Of a stretch of 64,000 bases of DNA, positions 33,002 to 41,495 are shown in pieces. Under the pieces are notes generated by a model. That model was not told the DNA's origin, did not search any database, and saw only the letters and a list, made by a program, of their open reading frames with translations. The position numbers were made by a program, and so were the translations under genes. Source of the stretch: Candidatus Latescibacterota bacterium (lineage in GTDB: Bacteria; Latescibacterota; UBA2968; UBA8231); the NCBI GenBank assembly GCA_965242865.1, contig CBDETK010000013.1:3840001-3904000 (forward strand). The letters run 5' to 3'. Numbering within the stretch: position 1 is the first letter of the stretch; every line of letters begins with the position of its first letter.

Positions 33002-35050
33002 TCACCGGCTCGGCGAAAACTCCGCGTCCCAGAGGGTGCGGTTCTCGTTGGCAATCCACTGGCCGACCCGGATGCGGTCGATGGCATAGGCGGGCAGATG
33101 CGCGATCGCGATACACTGGTCGCCGCGCCGAATGCCGCGCCAGTTGAAATGAAAGCCGAGGTTGTCAAAGCCGTACCGCTGGCGGGAGCGCGAAAGGCCG
33201 CCCGGGTCGGCCGGGGTGACGTGCAAAACGAACTTGGCCTGCGTGTCGGCGGAAGCACACGGCTGTTTGAGGTACGTCAGCTTGCGTCCGTTGCGGTACA
33301 CGTCCCAGTCGGAGCGGACGACCCGCTCGCCGACCTGTGCGAGGAGTTGGTCCACGTAGGATTGTTTGCAGGCGCGATGCCTTTCCGCGTCGAACGGTTC
33401 GGTCGCCGCGGTCGTTAGGCGGAACACCACCCCGTCGGATAGCTCGGCCACGGGTTCCACGCCGGGCAGGCAGCGGAGGTCCAAGGCGTCGTAGGCGTAA
33501 GAAGGCTTTTGATGCTGGAGCCAAACGATATATGCGCCATCGCCCTCGGTCCTCCGCATTATGTGCGGTATCAACTGGTGAATCTTGCCCGGGAGATATT
33601 GGTGCTTTCCCGGGGGGGCGGTCCGATCCCAAAACCAAGTAAGTTGGTTGTGTTGGCTGTAAATCCTGCTGTCGCTATCGCTAAGGTGGAGCCTGATATA
33701 ATTCAGGGCCTCGGAAGATTCATAGTCGGAGCCATTGAGCGTCCAGCTTTTAAACCCTTCTCTCCATGCTTGGTAGGTAATACGGAGGTTTCTATGCACC
33801 GAGAAGCCGCCGTGGGCGAGGGCGGCGAGCAAGACGAGGGACGCCAGACCGCAGGCGGCGCGGCCCTGTCCCGCCGCCTTAATGGACAGGAACCGGTCCA
33901 GCAAGAACGCGGCCACCAACAGCAGCGGCACATATACCGGCAGTAGGTAGCGGCTGTCGATGCCCTGCCTAACCGTGAAAGGCACGACAGCGACCATGAA
34001 ACTGAGATAGGCTAGGGCGAACCCCGCGAATGGGAACACCGGCCCCAAACGGAAATAGGCCGGCGCGGCCTTTGGGGCCGGCTGGCGACCGTGCAGGACG
34101 ACCGCGGCGCCGGCTAGCCCGACTGCGGCGACCGCCAACCACAGCAGGTACGCCACCCCATCCGGCGCGTTCGGGGGGGCGACCCACTCGCCGAACACCT
34201 CGGCGATCTGGTGCAGCCCAGCGGATAGAGACTGCCCGGACGCGCCCCGCCTCCCGGTCAGAGTCCCGGAGACCGCCCAGTTGCGCGTCATCACCCCCGC
34301 GAGGGGCAAGGATGCGATGGTGCTAAATACAACGGCGTCTTTCAACCGGATGACCAGCGGCGAGGTGCGCCGCACCAGCAACAGCAGGACGCCGGTGCCG
34401 ATCAGGACCACGCCCGGCCAACGGGTCACCGCGGTCAGCCCGGTAAAAACCGCACCTAACAGCAGGGGTGTCTGCCCGCCGCGATGCAGGAAGGATGCCA
34501 ATTGGACCAAGGCGAGGAGAGTCAACAGGACAAGGAGGGGCTCGGTCATGAGGCGTGACGCGAACTCGCTCAAGGGCAGGGAGGCCGCGATGGTCGCGGT
34601 GGCGGCCAGTGTCAGCCACCGCGACCGGAGATTTGAGCGCAGCCAACCGCCCGAGGCGAGGATGGTCAGCCCGAAGGCGGTGGCGTTGATCCATCGACTC
34701 GCCGCCAGCGGCTCAATGCCGACCCAACCGAAGGCCGCCAGCAGCAGGACGAACAAGGGCGGCCATCCCACCAACGGGCGGCCCGTGAAATCCTGCAAGC
34801 CCTCTCCCGCGAGGACATTTATGGTCGTGGACAGGAAAACCATGAAATCCCCGCGGACTTCTAGGCCGTAGGTGGCAGTGCGGACGAGGATGTGGGCGGT
34901 GCCCAGCCCGGCGAGGACGACGATGAGCAGCGCGGAGGGGTCGCACCGAAACCGGGCGATCTGCTTGAATGCGGAGCATTTTGCCGCAAAGAGGGTAAAT
35001 CTCCCCCCCCCCCCCCCCCCCATTCTCATAAATTTAGTAAAAACAATCAC
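33002..35050 (-). CDS. GT-C-fold glycosyltransferase paralog GT5 (in frame through G19; phase ON?)
   Basis: MIVFTKFMRMGGGGGGRFTL...; 682-aa ORF. Confidence 0.8.
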   Translation of the reverse strand: MIVFTKFMRMGGGGGGRFTLFAAKCSAFKQIARFRCDPSALLIVVLAGLGTAHILVRTATYGLEVRGDFMVFLSTTINVLAGEGLQDFTGRPLVGWPPLFVLLLAAFGWVGIEPLAASRWINATAFGLTILASGGWLRSNLRSRWLTLAATATIAASLPLSEFASRLMTEPLLVLLTLLALVQLASFLHRGGQTPLLLGAVFTGLTAVTRWPGVVLIGTGVLLLLVRRTSPLVIRLKDAVVFSTIASLPLAGVMTRNWAVSGTLTGRRGASGQSLSAGLHQIAEVFGEWVAPPNAPDGVAYLLWLAVAAVGLAGAAVVLHGRQPAPKAAPAYFRLGPVFPFAGFALAYLSFMVAVVPFTVRQGIDSRYLLPVYVPLLLVAAFLLDRFLSIKAAGQGRAACGLASLVLLAALAHGGFSVHRNLRITYQAWREGFKSWTLNGSDYESSEALNYIRLHLSDSDSRIYSQHNQLTWFWDRTAPPGKHQYLPGKIHQLIPHIMRRTEGDGAYIVWLQHQKPSYAYDALDLRCLPGVEPVAELSDGVVFRLTTAATEPFDAERHRACKQSYVDQLLAQVGERVVRSDWDVYRNGRKLTYLKQPCASADTQAKFVLHVTPADPGGLSRSRQRYGFDNLGFHFNWRGIRRGDQCIAIAHLPAYAIDRIRVGQWIANENRTLWDAEFSPSR
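35003..35021 (-). repeat. Poly-G tract (G19) at the 5' end of GT5
   Basis: C19 on + strand. Confidence 0.9.
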
Positions 35051-35053
35051 TTA
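35029..35053. promoter_or_regulatory. 25-bp AT-rich pseudo-palindrome, site 3
   Basis: Minus strand TAAGTGATTG-TTTTT-ACTAAATTTA. Confidence 0.6.
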
Positions 35054-35174
35054 CGTTGTTGTCCTTAGTATAGTGGTCAGGGTCAGGGTGCGCCACGGCC
35101 TTTTTTTGCTCATAGTACTTAACTCAATCAATGCGGTGATGTAAAGAACGGCCCGGCGAGTAGGATGTCCTGTA

Positions 35175-35962
35175 TCACCGGCCCGGCGAAAACGCCGCGT
35201 CCCAGAGGGTGCGGTTCCCGTTGGCAATCCATTGGCCGACTCGGATGCGGCCGATGGGGTAGCCGGGCAGTGGGGCGGTCGCGATACACTGGTCGCCGAC
35301 CCGGAGACCGCGCCGGTCGAAATAGAAGCCGAGGTTGTCGTAGTCGTACCGCCTGCGGGGCTCTGACAGGTCTGCCGGGCGTGCTAGGTCTTCCGGGTCG
35401 GCGGGGGTGACGTGCAAAACGAACTTCGCCTGCACATCGGCGCGGGTGCAGGGCTCTTTGAAGTAGATCAGCTTGCGCCCCTTGCGGTACACATCCCAGC
35501 CGGCGCGAACCACCGGATCGCCAGCCTGTTGGATGAGTTGCTCCGCGTAGCGTTGTTTGCAGGCGCGATGCCGGTCCGCATCAAAGGGTTCGGCCGTCGT
35601 TACGCGGAACACAACGCCATCGGATAGCTCGGCCACGGTTTCCACGCCGGGCAGGCAGCGGATGTCCAAGGCGTCGTAGGCGTAAAAAGCCCTTTCATTC
35701 TGGAGCCAAACGATATGAGCATCGTCGGGCCATCGCATTATGAGCGGCATCAACTTGCGAAACCACGGGAGAAACTTGTGCCTTCCCAAGGCGGCGGTCC
35801 GATCCCGATCCCACCACCAAGTAAGGTAAGCGTTGTTGCTATAAATTCTGCCCTCGCGAAGGTTGGTTCTGATGTAATTCAGGGTCTCGGAAGGTTCCCA
35901 GTAGGAGCCATTGATCGTCAAGTATTCAAACCCGGCTCTCCATGCTTGGCGGGTAATGCGGA
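35175..35962 (-). pseudogene. GT paralog 3' half (GT6), the missing continuation of GT1
   Basis: Begins (L)RITRQAWRAG exactly where GT1 ends. Confidence 0.8.
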
Positions 35963-36051
35963 ATTACATGATTTATGCCGGTCTCAGAGGATCGGGATGG
36001 AATCGCGTGTCAGCAGTCGGGACGGGCTTAGCCGTGGCAAGCCCGATATAG
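35963..36051 (+). pseudogene. 3' end of the interrupted beta-propeller glycosidase gene
   Basis: Reads YYMIYAGLRGSGWNRVSAVGTGLAVASPI* in frame when joined to 24616; matches earlier blades (YYAYYLG, IHMVYTG, FHLFYGG). Confidence 0.8.
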
Positions 36052-36102
36052 GGGCAACTCTTGTGATTGTCCTCTTGCGACTGCCGCTATAGAGCACCCC
36101 TT

Positions 36103-37485
36103 TCACCCACGCTCATCGGCCCGCTCAATGACCCGCATACTCTTCCAGCGGCCCGTGCGAAAGCGCAGGTAAAAAGCCACGCCCATGACGCATACATAGG
36201 CGCAGGCAAAGCTCCATATCAGGTATAGCCCCCCGTCGAAATAGGTCAGGGCCACAAAAGACGGCACGACCATGAGCACCCAAGCCAGCGCGATCGACAT
36301 CCACATGACGAAGCGGGTGTCGCCCGCGCCCTTCAGGGTCGCCGTAAAGACCATATAGGCTGCGTCGGAGACGCCGTACAGGGCCACGAAGCGCAGCAAG
36401 ACCACGGCGATCTGATGCGCGGTCGCAAAGTGGGCGTCCCGATCCTCGCCAAAGGGCGCCAAGAAAAACTCCGGCACCACGACGTAGCCCACGGACATCG
36501 TCCCCATGTACAGCATGGCCAAGTGCAAGCCCGTCCATGTGCAGTACTCGGCGGCTTCGGGCTGATCGCGCCCCAAGCACTGGCCTACCATCGTCGAGAC
36601 GGCGATACTACAGCCAATGAGCGGCATAAAGGCGAGACTGTTGATGTGAAAGGCCAAATTCGTCGCGGCCAGCGGAATCGGCCCCAAGCGGCCCACGATG
36701 AACAAAAACAACGTAAAGGCCATGATGTCGAGCATGAAGTTGACGCCATTGGGGCCGCCAAAGCGCAATAGGCGCAGCAGCAGTTTGAGATCGGGCTTCC
36801 AGCCGCGCAAAGTGGCGTATTCGCTGCGATAGCGCGGCCCCAAGAACAGCAGCGCGAAGGACAGGGCCGAGACCACTAAGCCGATGTTGGTAGCCCACGC
36901 CGCCCCGACGATCCCCAACTCCGGCAGCCCCCAGTGCCCGAAGATCAAGCCGTAATCGCAGACGATGTTGACGCTGATGGCCACGGCGTTGACCGCCAGC
37001 ACCACCCACGTCTGCCCCCGTCCACTGAAAAAGCACGAGAAGGCCGTGGATAAGACCTGCGGCCCCGTGCCGTAGCAAAGGATGCGGAAGTACTGGGTTT
37101 CGGCGGCGCGGATGGCTGGGTCGTGGCCGATGAACGCGAAGAGTTCGCCGGCCAAGGCGGCCGGCAGCAAGGCCAAGAGGCCGCTGAACACAGCTACGTA
37201 CGCCCCTTGCCACACGGCCGGCCCCACGCGCGTCAGCCGCCGCGCCCCCATGTATTGGGCGACAAACGTGTTGGCGTATTGGGCCGTGCCCATGAAGAGG
37301 CTGATGAAGGTGAAGTTGGCCATGCCCGCCGGCAGCGCGGCCGCCAACGCCTCGGTGGAATACCAAGAGAGAAAGACCCGGTCGACAAAGTGCTGGATGC
37401 TCCAGCTAGCCGTGCTCAGAATCAGCGGCAGGGCGATCCGCAAAAACTCCCGGTATCCGCCTGCGGCCCCCCACCGCCTAGCCAT
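36103..37485 (-). CDS. MATE family efflux transporter / flippase
   Basis: ALPLILS...FVDRVFL, VAQYMGA, LKGAGDT, RF..GRWK; many TM helices. Confidence 0.9.
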   Translation of the reverse strand: MARRWGAAGGYREFLRIALPLILSTASWSIQHFVDRVFLSWYSTEALAAALPAGMANFTFISLFMGTAQYANTFVAQYMGARRLTRVGPAVWQGAYVAVFSGLLALLPAALAGELFAFIGHDPAIRAAETQYFRILCYGTGPQVLSTAFSCFFSGRGQTWVVLAVNAVAISVNIVCDYGLIFGHWGLPELGIVGAAWATNIGLVVSALSFALLFLGPRYRSEYATLRGWKPDLKLLLRLLRFGGPNGVNFMLDIMAFTLFLFIVGRLGPIPLAATNLAFHINSLAFMPLIGCSIAVSTMVGQCLGRDQPEAAEYCTWTGLHLAMLYMGTMSVGYVVVPEFFLAPFGEDRDAHFATAHQIAVVLLRFVALYGVSDAAYMVFTATLKGAGDTRFVMWMSIALAWVLMVVPSFVALTYFDGGLYLIWSFACAYVCVMGVAFYLRFRTGRWKSMRVIERADERG

Positions 37486-37496
37486 GCGGCCCACGC

Positions 37497-38516
37497 TCAA
37501 CTCGCCATAACTTCGGCCACGGCAATCAGTTCGCCCCCGCGCCGCGCCGACTCCCATCCCGCCAGCACCGGGGCCAGCGAATAGAGGCCATCGGCATAGT
37601 CGTTGAGGAGCAGGGCGCGGTTGCCGGTGCGCACGGCCTCAATGAAGACGCGGTCTTGCTCAAACCACGGGTCGAATTCCTCCGGCGCATACACGACCTC
37701 GCCATTGACTTCAATCCGGTCGTACATCCACAGCGCCAAGTAGCCCCCTTCGTAAAAAACAGTGAAGCGCGGCTCGTCGCCCGGGGTCGCAGGCGTGGTG
37801 GCGAGGAATGTCGAGGTCATGGTCGCCCCGTTGGCTAACAAAAAGTTAAACGAACACGACAGCGGCGCGTTGTACCGAGGGGGGTGGTAGTAAAACGCTT
37901 GGGCTTGGGTGACATTGAGGCCGCTCATAAAGCGCACGTAGTCAACGGCGTGAACGCCCCAGTCAAAGGCCGTGCCGCCGGCTTTGTCCATCTGGTAGTG
38001 CCAACTGTGCGGATCGGGCACGTCGGCTTCGAGCAGGGGCAGGCCGGATGTGCTTTGGAAGCGAATGTGGGTAATGGCCTTATCTGCGAGTAGGCGACGG
38101 GCTTCCTGAAAGAGCGGGCGGTAGCGCTCGCGGAAACAGACCGTTGCGATCGCGCCGCCCTCGGCGACCGCAGCGGCGATGCGCCGCGCAACGGCCATGC
38201 TGGTCGCTTGCGGCTTCTCGCTGAAGAGGTGGATGCCCCGGGCGGCGGCCGTAGCTTCCACATCGGTGCGAGCAAAAGCTGGCACCACCGAGTAGAGCGC
38301 GTCGAGCTGCTCTTTTGCGAGCATCTGGTGCGGGTCTGGATAGGTGCGGGCGATGGAGAATTTCTGTGCGGTCACGGCGAGGTTCTCTGGGTTGGGGTCA
38401 CTCGCGGCGACGAGCTCGACGTCGGCGAGCGTCCTCAAGTTGGGCAGGTGCGTTTGGTTAGCGAAACGGCCAGTGCCATAGATGCCGACGCGCACCGGGC
38501 GATTGTTTGCAGCCAT
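37497..38516 (-). CDS. Gfo/Idh/MocA family oxidoreductase
   Basis: GIYGTG, FSEKP, DWGVHAVD. Confidence 0.9.
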   Translation of the reverse strand: MAANNRPVRVGIYGTGRFANQTHLPNLRTLADVELVAASDPNPENLAVTAQKFSIARTYPDPHQMLAKEQLDALYSVVPAFARTDVEATAAARGIHLFSEKPQATSMAVARRIAAAVAEGGAIATVCFRERYRPLFQEARRLLADKAITHIRFQSTSGLPLLEADVPDPHSWHYQMDKAGGTAFDWGVHAVDYVRFMSGLNVTQAQAFYYHPPRYNAPLSCSFNFLLANGATMTSTFLATTPATPGDEPRFTVFYEGGYLALWMYDRIEVNGEVVYAPEEFDPWFEQDRVFIEAVRTGNRALLLNDYADGLYSLAPVLAGWESARRGGELIAVAEVMAS

Positions 38517-38684
38517 GGGAAATCCTTTGTTGATCAGCCTTTATGCGAAGCGAAATGGGCAAGAAAAGAAAAAAGGGGCGTACGCGCCAGACCGCTTTGA
38601 GGCGGGTCGCGGGGCAGTATTAGAGGCTATGCGCCCAATGCAAAGCCCTTGCGTCCTATACGTCATTGGCGCATACTACGATGT

Positions 38685-39002
38685 ATGGTATTCGTCGAAA
38701 CCCCGATCTTCACGAAGGAGATCTTGACACTCTTACCCGATGAGGGCTATCGAGCAATGCAACTCGCGCTCCTATTCCGCCCGGAATCAGGAGAGATTAT
38801 TCCGGGTAGTGGTGGATTGCGAAAATTGAGATGGAAACTGCCGTACACTGGCCAACGAGGTGGTCTCCGTGTGATCTACTATTGGGATAAGCCATCCGAG
38901 GTCCTTTATATGCTGTGGGTGTATCGCAAGAGCCGACAAGAAGATCTCACCCCTCGACAATGCAAACTGCTTAGTACACTCGTAAAGGAGTATCTAGCAT
39001 GA
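38685..39002 (+). CDS. higB: RelE/HigB-family toxin
   Basis: FVETPIF...P..G.IIPGSGGLRKLRW...G.RGGLRVIYY. Confidence 0.88.
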   Translation: MVFVETPIFTKEILTLLPDEGYRAMQLALLFRPESGEIIPGSGGLRKLRWKLPYTGQRGGLRVIYYWDKPSEVLYMLWVYRKSRQEDLTPRQCKLLSTLVKEYLA

Positions 39003-39289
39003 ATGAGCGCGACTTTGACCAACTTATAGCTAGCGTTAAGCAAGCCGGAGCGATCAAGCGCGGCAAGATGAAGCCAGGGCGTAGGATCCAGATGAATCCC
39101 GCCGATATTAAGATGATTCGCAAGAAACTAGATAAATCTCAATCGGAATTCGCCTTGATGATTGGTGTCAGCGTCTCTACCTTGCAGAATTGGGAGCAGG
39201 GACGCCGGCGACCCGAGGGACCAGCTCGGGCCCTACTGAAAATTGCGTCGGAGAATCCCGAAACGGTGGCGCAGTCGTTAAGTGCTTAA
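38999..39289 (+). CDS. higA: HigA-type HTH (Xre) antitoxin
   Basis: IR..L..SQSEFA..IGVSVSTLQNWEQGRRRP.GPA..LL; ATGA overlap with the toxin. Confidence 0.88.
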   Translation: MNERDFDQLIASVKQAGAIKRGKMKPGRRIQMNPADIKMIRKKLDKSQSEFALMIGVSVSTLQNWEQGRRRPEGPARALLKIASENPETVAQSLSA

Positions 39290-39372
39290 CTTTGTAGATG
39301 CAAGGGCGTTCATCGGCAAAACGGTCAATTCGAGCTGTCCGTAACACGCAAAGCGATATAAAAAAGAAATCC

Positions 39373-40035
39373 ATGCCATTTAAGATTGCGGACGATCCGG
39401 CTGTCGATTATCGGGAGTTGGTACGGACCGCCTATAACCGATGTGCGATGGATTACGCTCGGCAAAGGCGTACTACACCCGGAGCGGAACTCAGCTTCGT
39501 AACGGACCGCCTGACACCCGGTTCAAAAATTCTCGATGTCGGCTGTGGTGCGGGTATTCCAGTCGCCCAACATCTTGCAAGGACGTTCAGCCTCACCGGG
39601 ATCGACATCTCCTCGAGCATGATAGCCCTAGCCCGAAAAAATGTCCCCGCGGCCCAATTCGTCCTCGCCGACGTAGTAAAGACCGAATTTTCCGCGAGCA
39701 GCTTTGATGCCATTGTCAGCTTTTACGCGATCTTCCACATCCCCAGACAGGAGCATCTGAACCTCTTTCGTCGATTTGCACAGTGGCTTCGACCCGGCGG
39801 CCTCCTGCTGTTTACGGTTGCGAGGCAAGACGACGGGCCGGGATACACTGAAGACGACTTCTTCGGCGAGACCATGTACTGGAGCAACTTTGGTCCCGCG
39901 ACCTACAGGACGTTTCTCGCTGAGACAGGATTTCAGGTTGAACAGGAAGGTATTGTAGGCGGAGGATTCGGAAGTGTGGAGGCACCGGACGGGGAGGGGA
40001 TTCACCCATTTTTCTGCGCCGTTAAAAGCACGTAA
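39373..40035 (+). CDS. Class I SAM-dependent methyltransferase
   Basis: ILDVGCGAG, GIDIS, FDAIV, LRPGG. Confidence 0.88.
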   Translation: MPFKIADDPAVDYRELVRTAYNRCAMDYARQRRTTPGAELSFVTDRLTPGSKILDVGCGAGIPVAQHLARTFSLTGIDISSSMIALARKNVPAAQFVLADVVKTEFSASSFDAIVSFYAIFHIPRQEHLNLFRRFAQWLRPGGLLLFTVARQDDGPGYTEDDFFGETMYWSNFGPATYRTFLAETGFQVEQEGIVGGGFGSVEAPDGEGIHPFFCAVKST

Positions 40036-40057
40036 CCCAATCTAGAAAGGATTACCC

Positions 40058-40459
40058 ATGCCGCTAACAGGTCGATGTCTTTGCGGGGCGGTCCGTTATA
40101 CAAGCGACTCGGTTCCCCAATATGTGACCTATTGCCACTGCGACGATTGCCGTAGAGTCACGGGCAGTGCTTTCAATGTTGGAGTTGGCGTACCAGCGTC
40201 CACGTTTCAACTGAGCGGTAAAACCAAAGGCTACGAATCTACCAATGCCGAGGGCCGCACAAAAATTCGCGAATTCTACCCAGAATGTGGTTCGCAATTG
40301 TTCACGCGGTATCCCGACTTGGTGTTTATCAAGGCCGGCACCCTAGACGATTCCGAAGAGTTGCAACCCACTCGGGAAATTTGGACTGAAATGGCAGTTC
40401 CGTGGTCTAAAATTCCCGACGGTTTGCACCAATTTCCCCGTGGGGGGAGTTCGCGTTAG
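40058..40459 (+). CDS. GFA (CENP-V) family protein
   Basis: GRCLCG.V.Y, CHCDDCRR.TG, FYPECGS, IKAGTLDD. Confidence 0.85.
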   Translation: MPLTGRCLCGAVRYTSDSVPQYVTYCHCDDCRRVTGSAFNVGVGVPASTFQLSGKTKGYESTNAEGRTKIREFYPECGSQLFTRYPDLVFIKAGTLDDSEELQPTREIWTEMAVPWSKIPDGLHQFPRGGSSR

Positions 40460-40468
40460 AGGGGTCAG

Positions 40469-41047
40469 ATGAGAATTTCAATCGTCAGCAGCAGCCTCAA
40501 GGCCGATAGTCGCAGTCGGATGCTTGCTGCCATCTGTCAGACCGCTCTAGAGGACAAGGGCAGCTCGGTTGACTTCGTCGATCTTCGCCAACTTGATCCG
40601 CCGAATTTCGACGACGACCAGATTTATTCATCCGCGGCGTACCAATCGTGCCACAGCGTCATTGCAGCGTCTGATGCCGTAATTTTGGCGAGTCCAGTGT
40701 ACAACTGGGCGTGTTGCGCTGAACTCAAGAAGTTTGTCGAGTATATAGGCTCTACGCCGCCAGACGGGTCGTTCAAAGGTGCTTTCTACGACAAAATCGT
40801 GATGTTCGTCAATGCCGGCGGGTTGCCGCACAGCTATATGGCGTTTGCATCGCTGGCAACATCCCTCATGTTGGATTTCAAGTGCATTATTAGCCCGTAT
40901 AACGTATATGCCCACGACGGCAATTGGGTTGATGGCGGCAAACTCGACGACGCAACGACAACGAGACTAAACAGATCTCTAGCGGTGCTGACTGAACTTG
41001 CGGAACGGCTTGAGAGCCGGTCCTATACATCGAACTGGGAAATCTAA
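40469..41047 (+). CDS. NAD(P)H-dependent FMN reductase (flavodoxin fold)
   Basis: SSLKADSRS, ASPVYNW...LK. Confidence 0.85.
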   Translation: MRISIVSSSLKADSRSRMLAAICQTALEDKGSSVDFVDLRQLDPPNFDDDQIYSSAAYQSCHSVIAASDAVILASPVYNWACCAELKKFVEYIGSTPPDGSFKGAFYDKIVMFVNAGGLPHSYMAFASLATSLMLDFKCIISPYNVYAHDGNWVDGGKLDDATTTRLNRSLAVLTELAERLESRSYTSNWEI

Positions 41048-41454
41048 TGCCAGATTGCGACTACAGTCTTACGTGGTATCACGGCTCGCAGCAAGAGCTG
41101 ACCAAACTTAGGGTTGGAAGTTCTATTACCCAGCGTATAAGTGTGGCGAAAGCGTTCTCTCACAAGCCCTCAGTCGTCTCTCAGTCTGACGGAGGTGCGG
41201 TTAAGCACAACGGCACAACGCCCGGTTATCTCTATGCTGTTTCCGATGACATTGGTCCTGACGATGTGCATCCCCATCCCCATCCAGCAAATGCCACTCG
41301 CTGGGAGTGGCTGACTAACCGGGAATTGAAGCTAAAACTCATTGAACAGACTATCGCAACCGACAAAGAACGCCTGACAGACGAAGAAGTCGCCGCGATA
41401 CGGCGGAAACAGCAGGAAAGAGGCGAGGAGACCTTTGTGGAGTGGTCTGCTTGA
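41047..41454 (+). CDS. Hypothetical protein, possible ADP-ribosyltransferase fold
   Basis: WYHGS near the N-terminus, GYLY, EW. Confidence 0.6.
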   Translation: MPDCDYSLTWYHGSQQELTKLRVGSSITQRISVAKAFSHKPSVVSQSDGGAVKHNGTTPGYLYAVSDDIGPDDVHPHPHPANATRWEWLTNRELKLKLIEQTIATDKERLTDEEVAAIRRKQQERGEETFVEWSA

Positions 41455-41495
41455 GAAAGTGACAATATCTCTGATTGGGAGAGTAGCAAATCGAA

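Larger units (their letters stand above)
24617..35962. mobile_element. 11,346-bp circularly permuted insertion carrying the GT paralog array and a TA remnant
   Basis: Flanks join to restore the glycosidase ORF (acc t|at tac atg); the two ends join to restore a GT ORF (aat c|tc cgc att); no target duplication, no recombinase. Confidence 0.8.

Noticed and set aside
24617-35962. Diversity-generating retroelement or shufflon as the cause of GT variation
   Set aside because: No reverse transcriptase or recombinase in the window, all copies are co-oriented, and the differences are not obviously adenine-specific.
36023-36045. Hairpin CGGGCTT...AAGCCCG as an element end or terminator
   Set aside because: It lies inside the restored glycosidase 3' coding segment, about 60 nt outside the junction.
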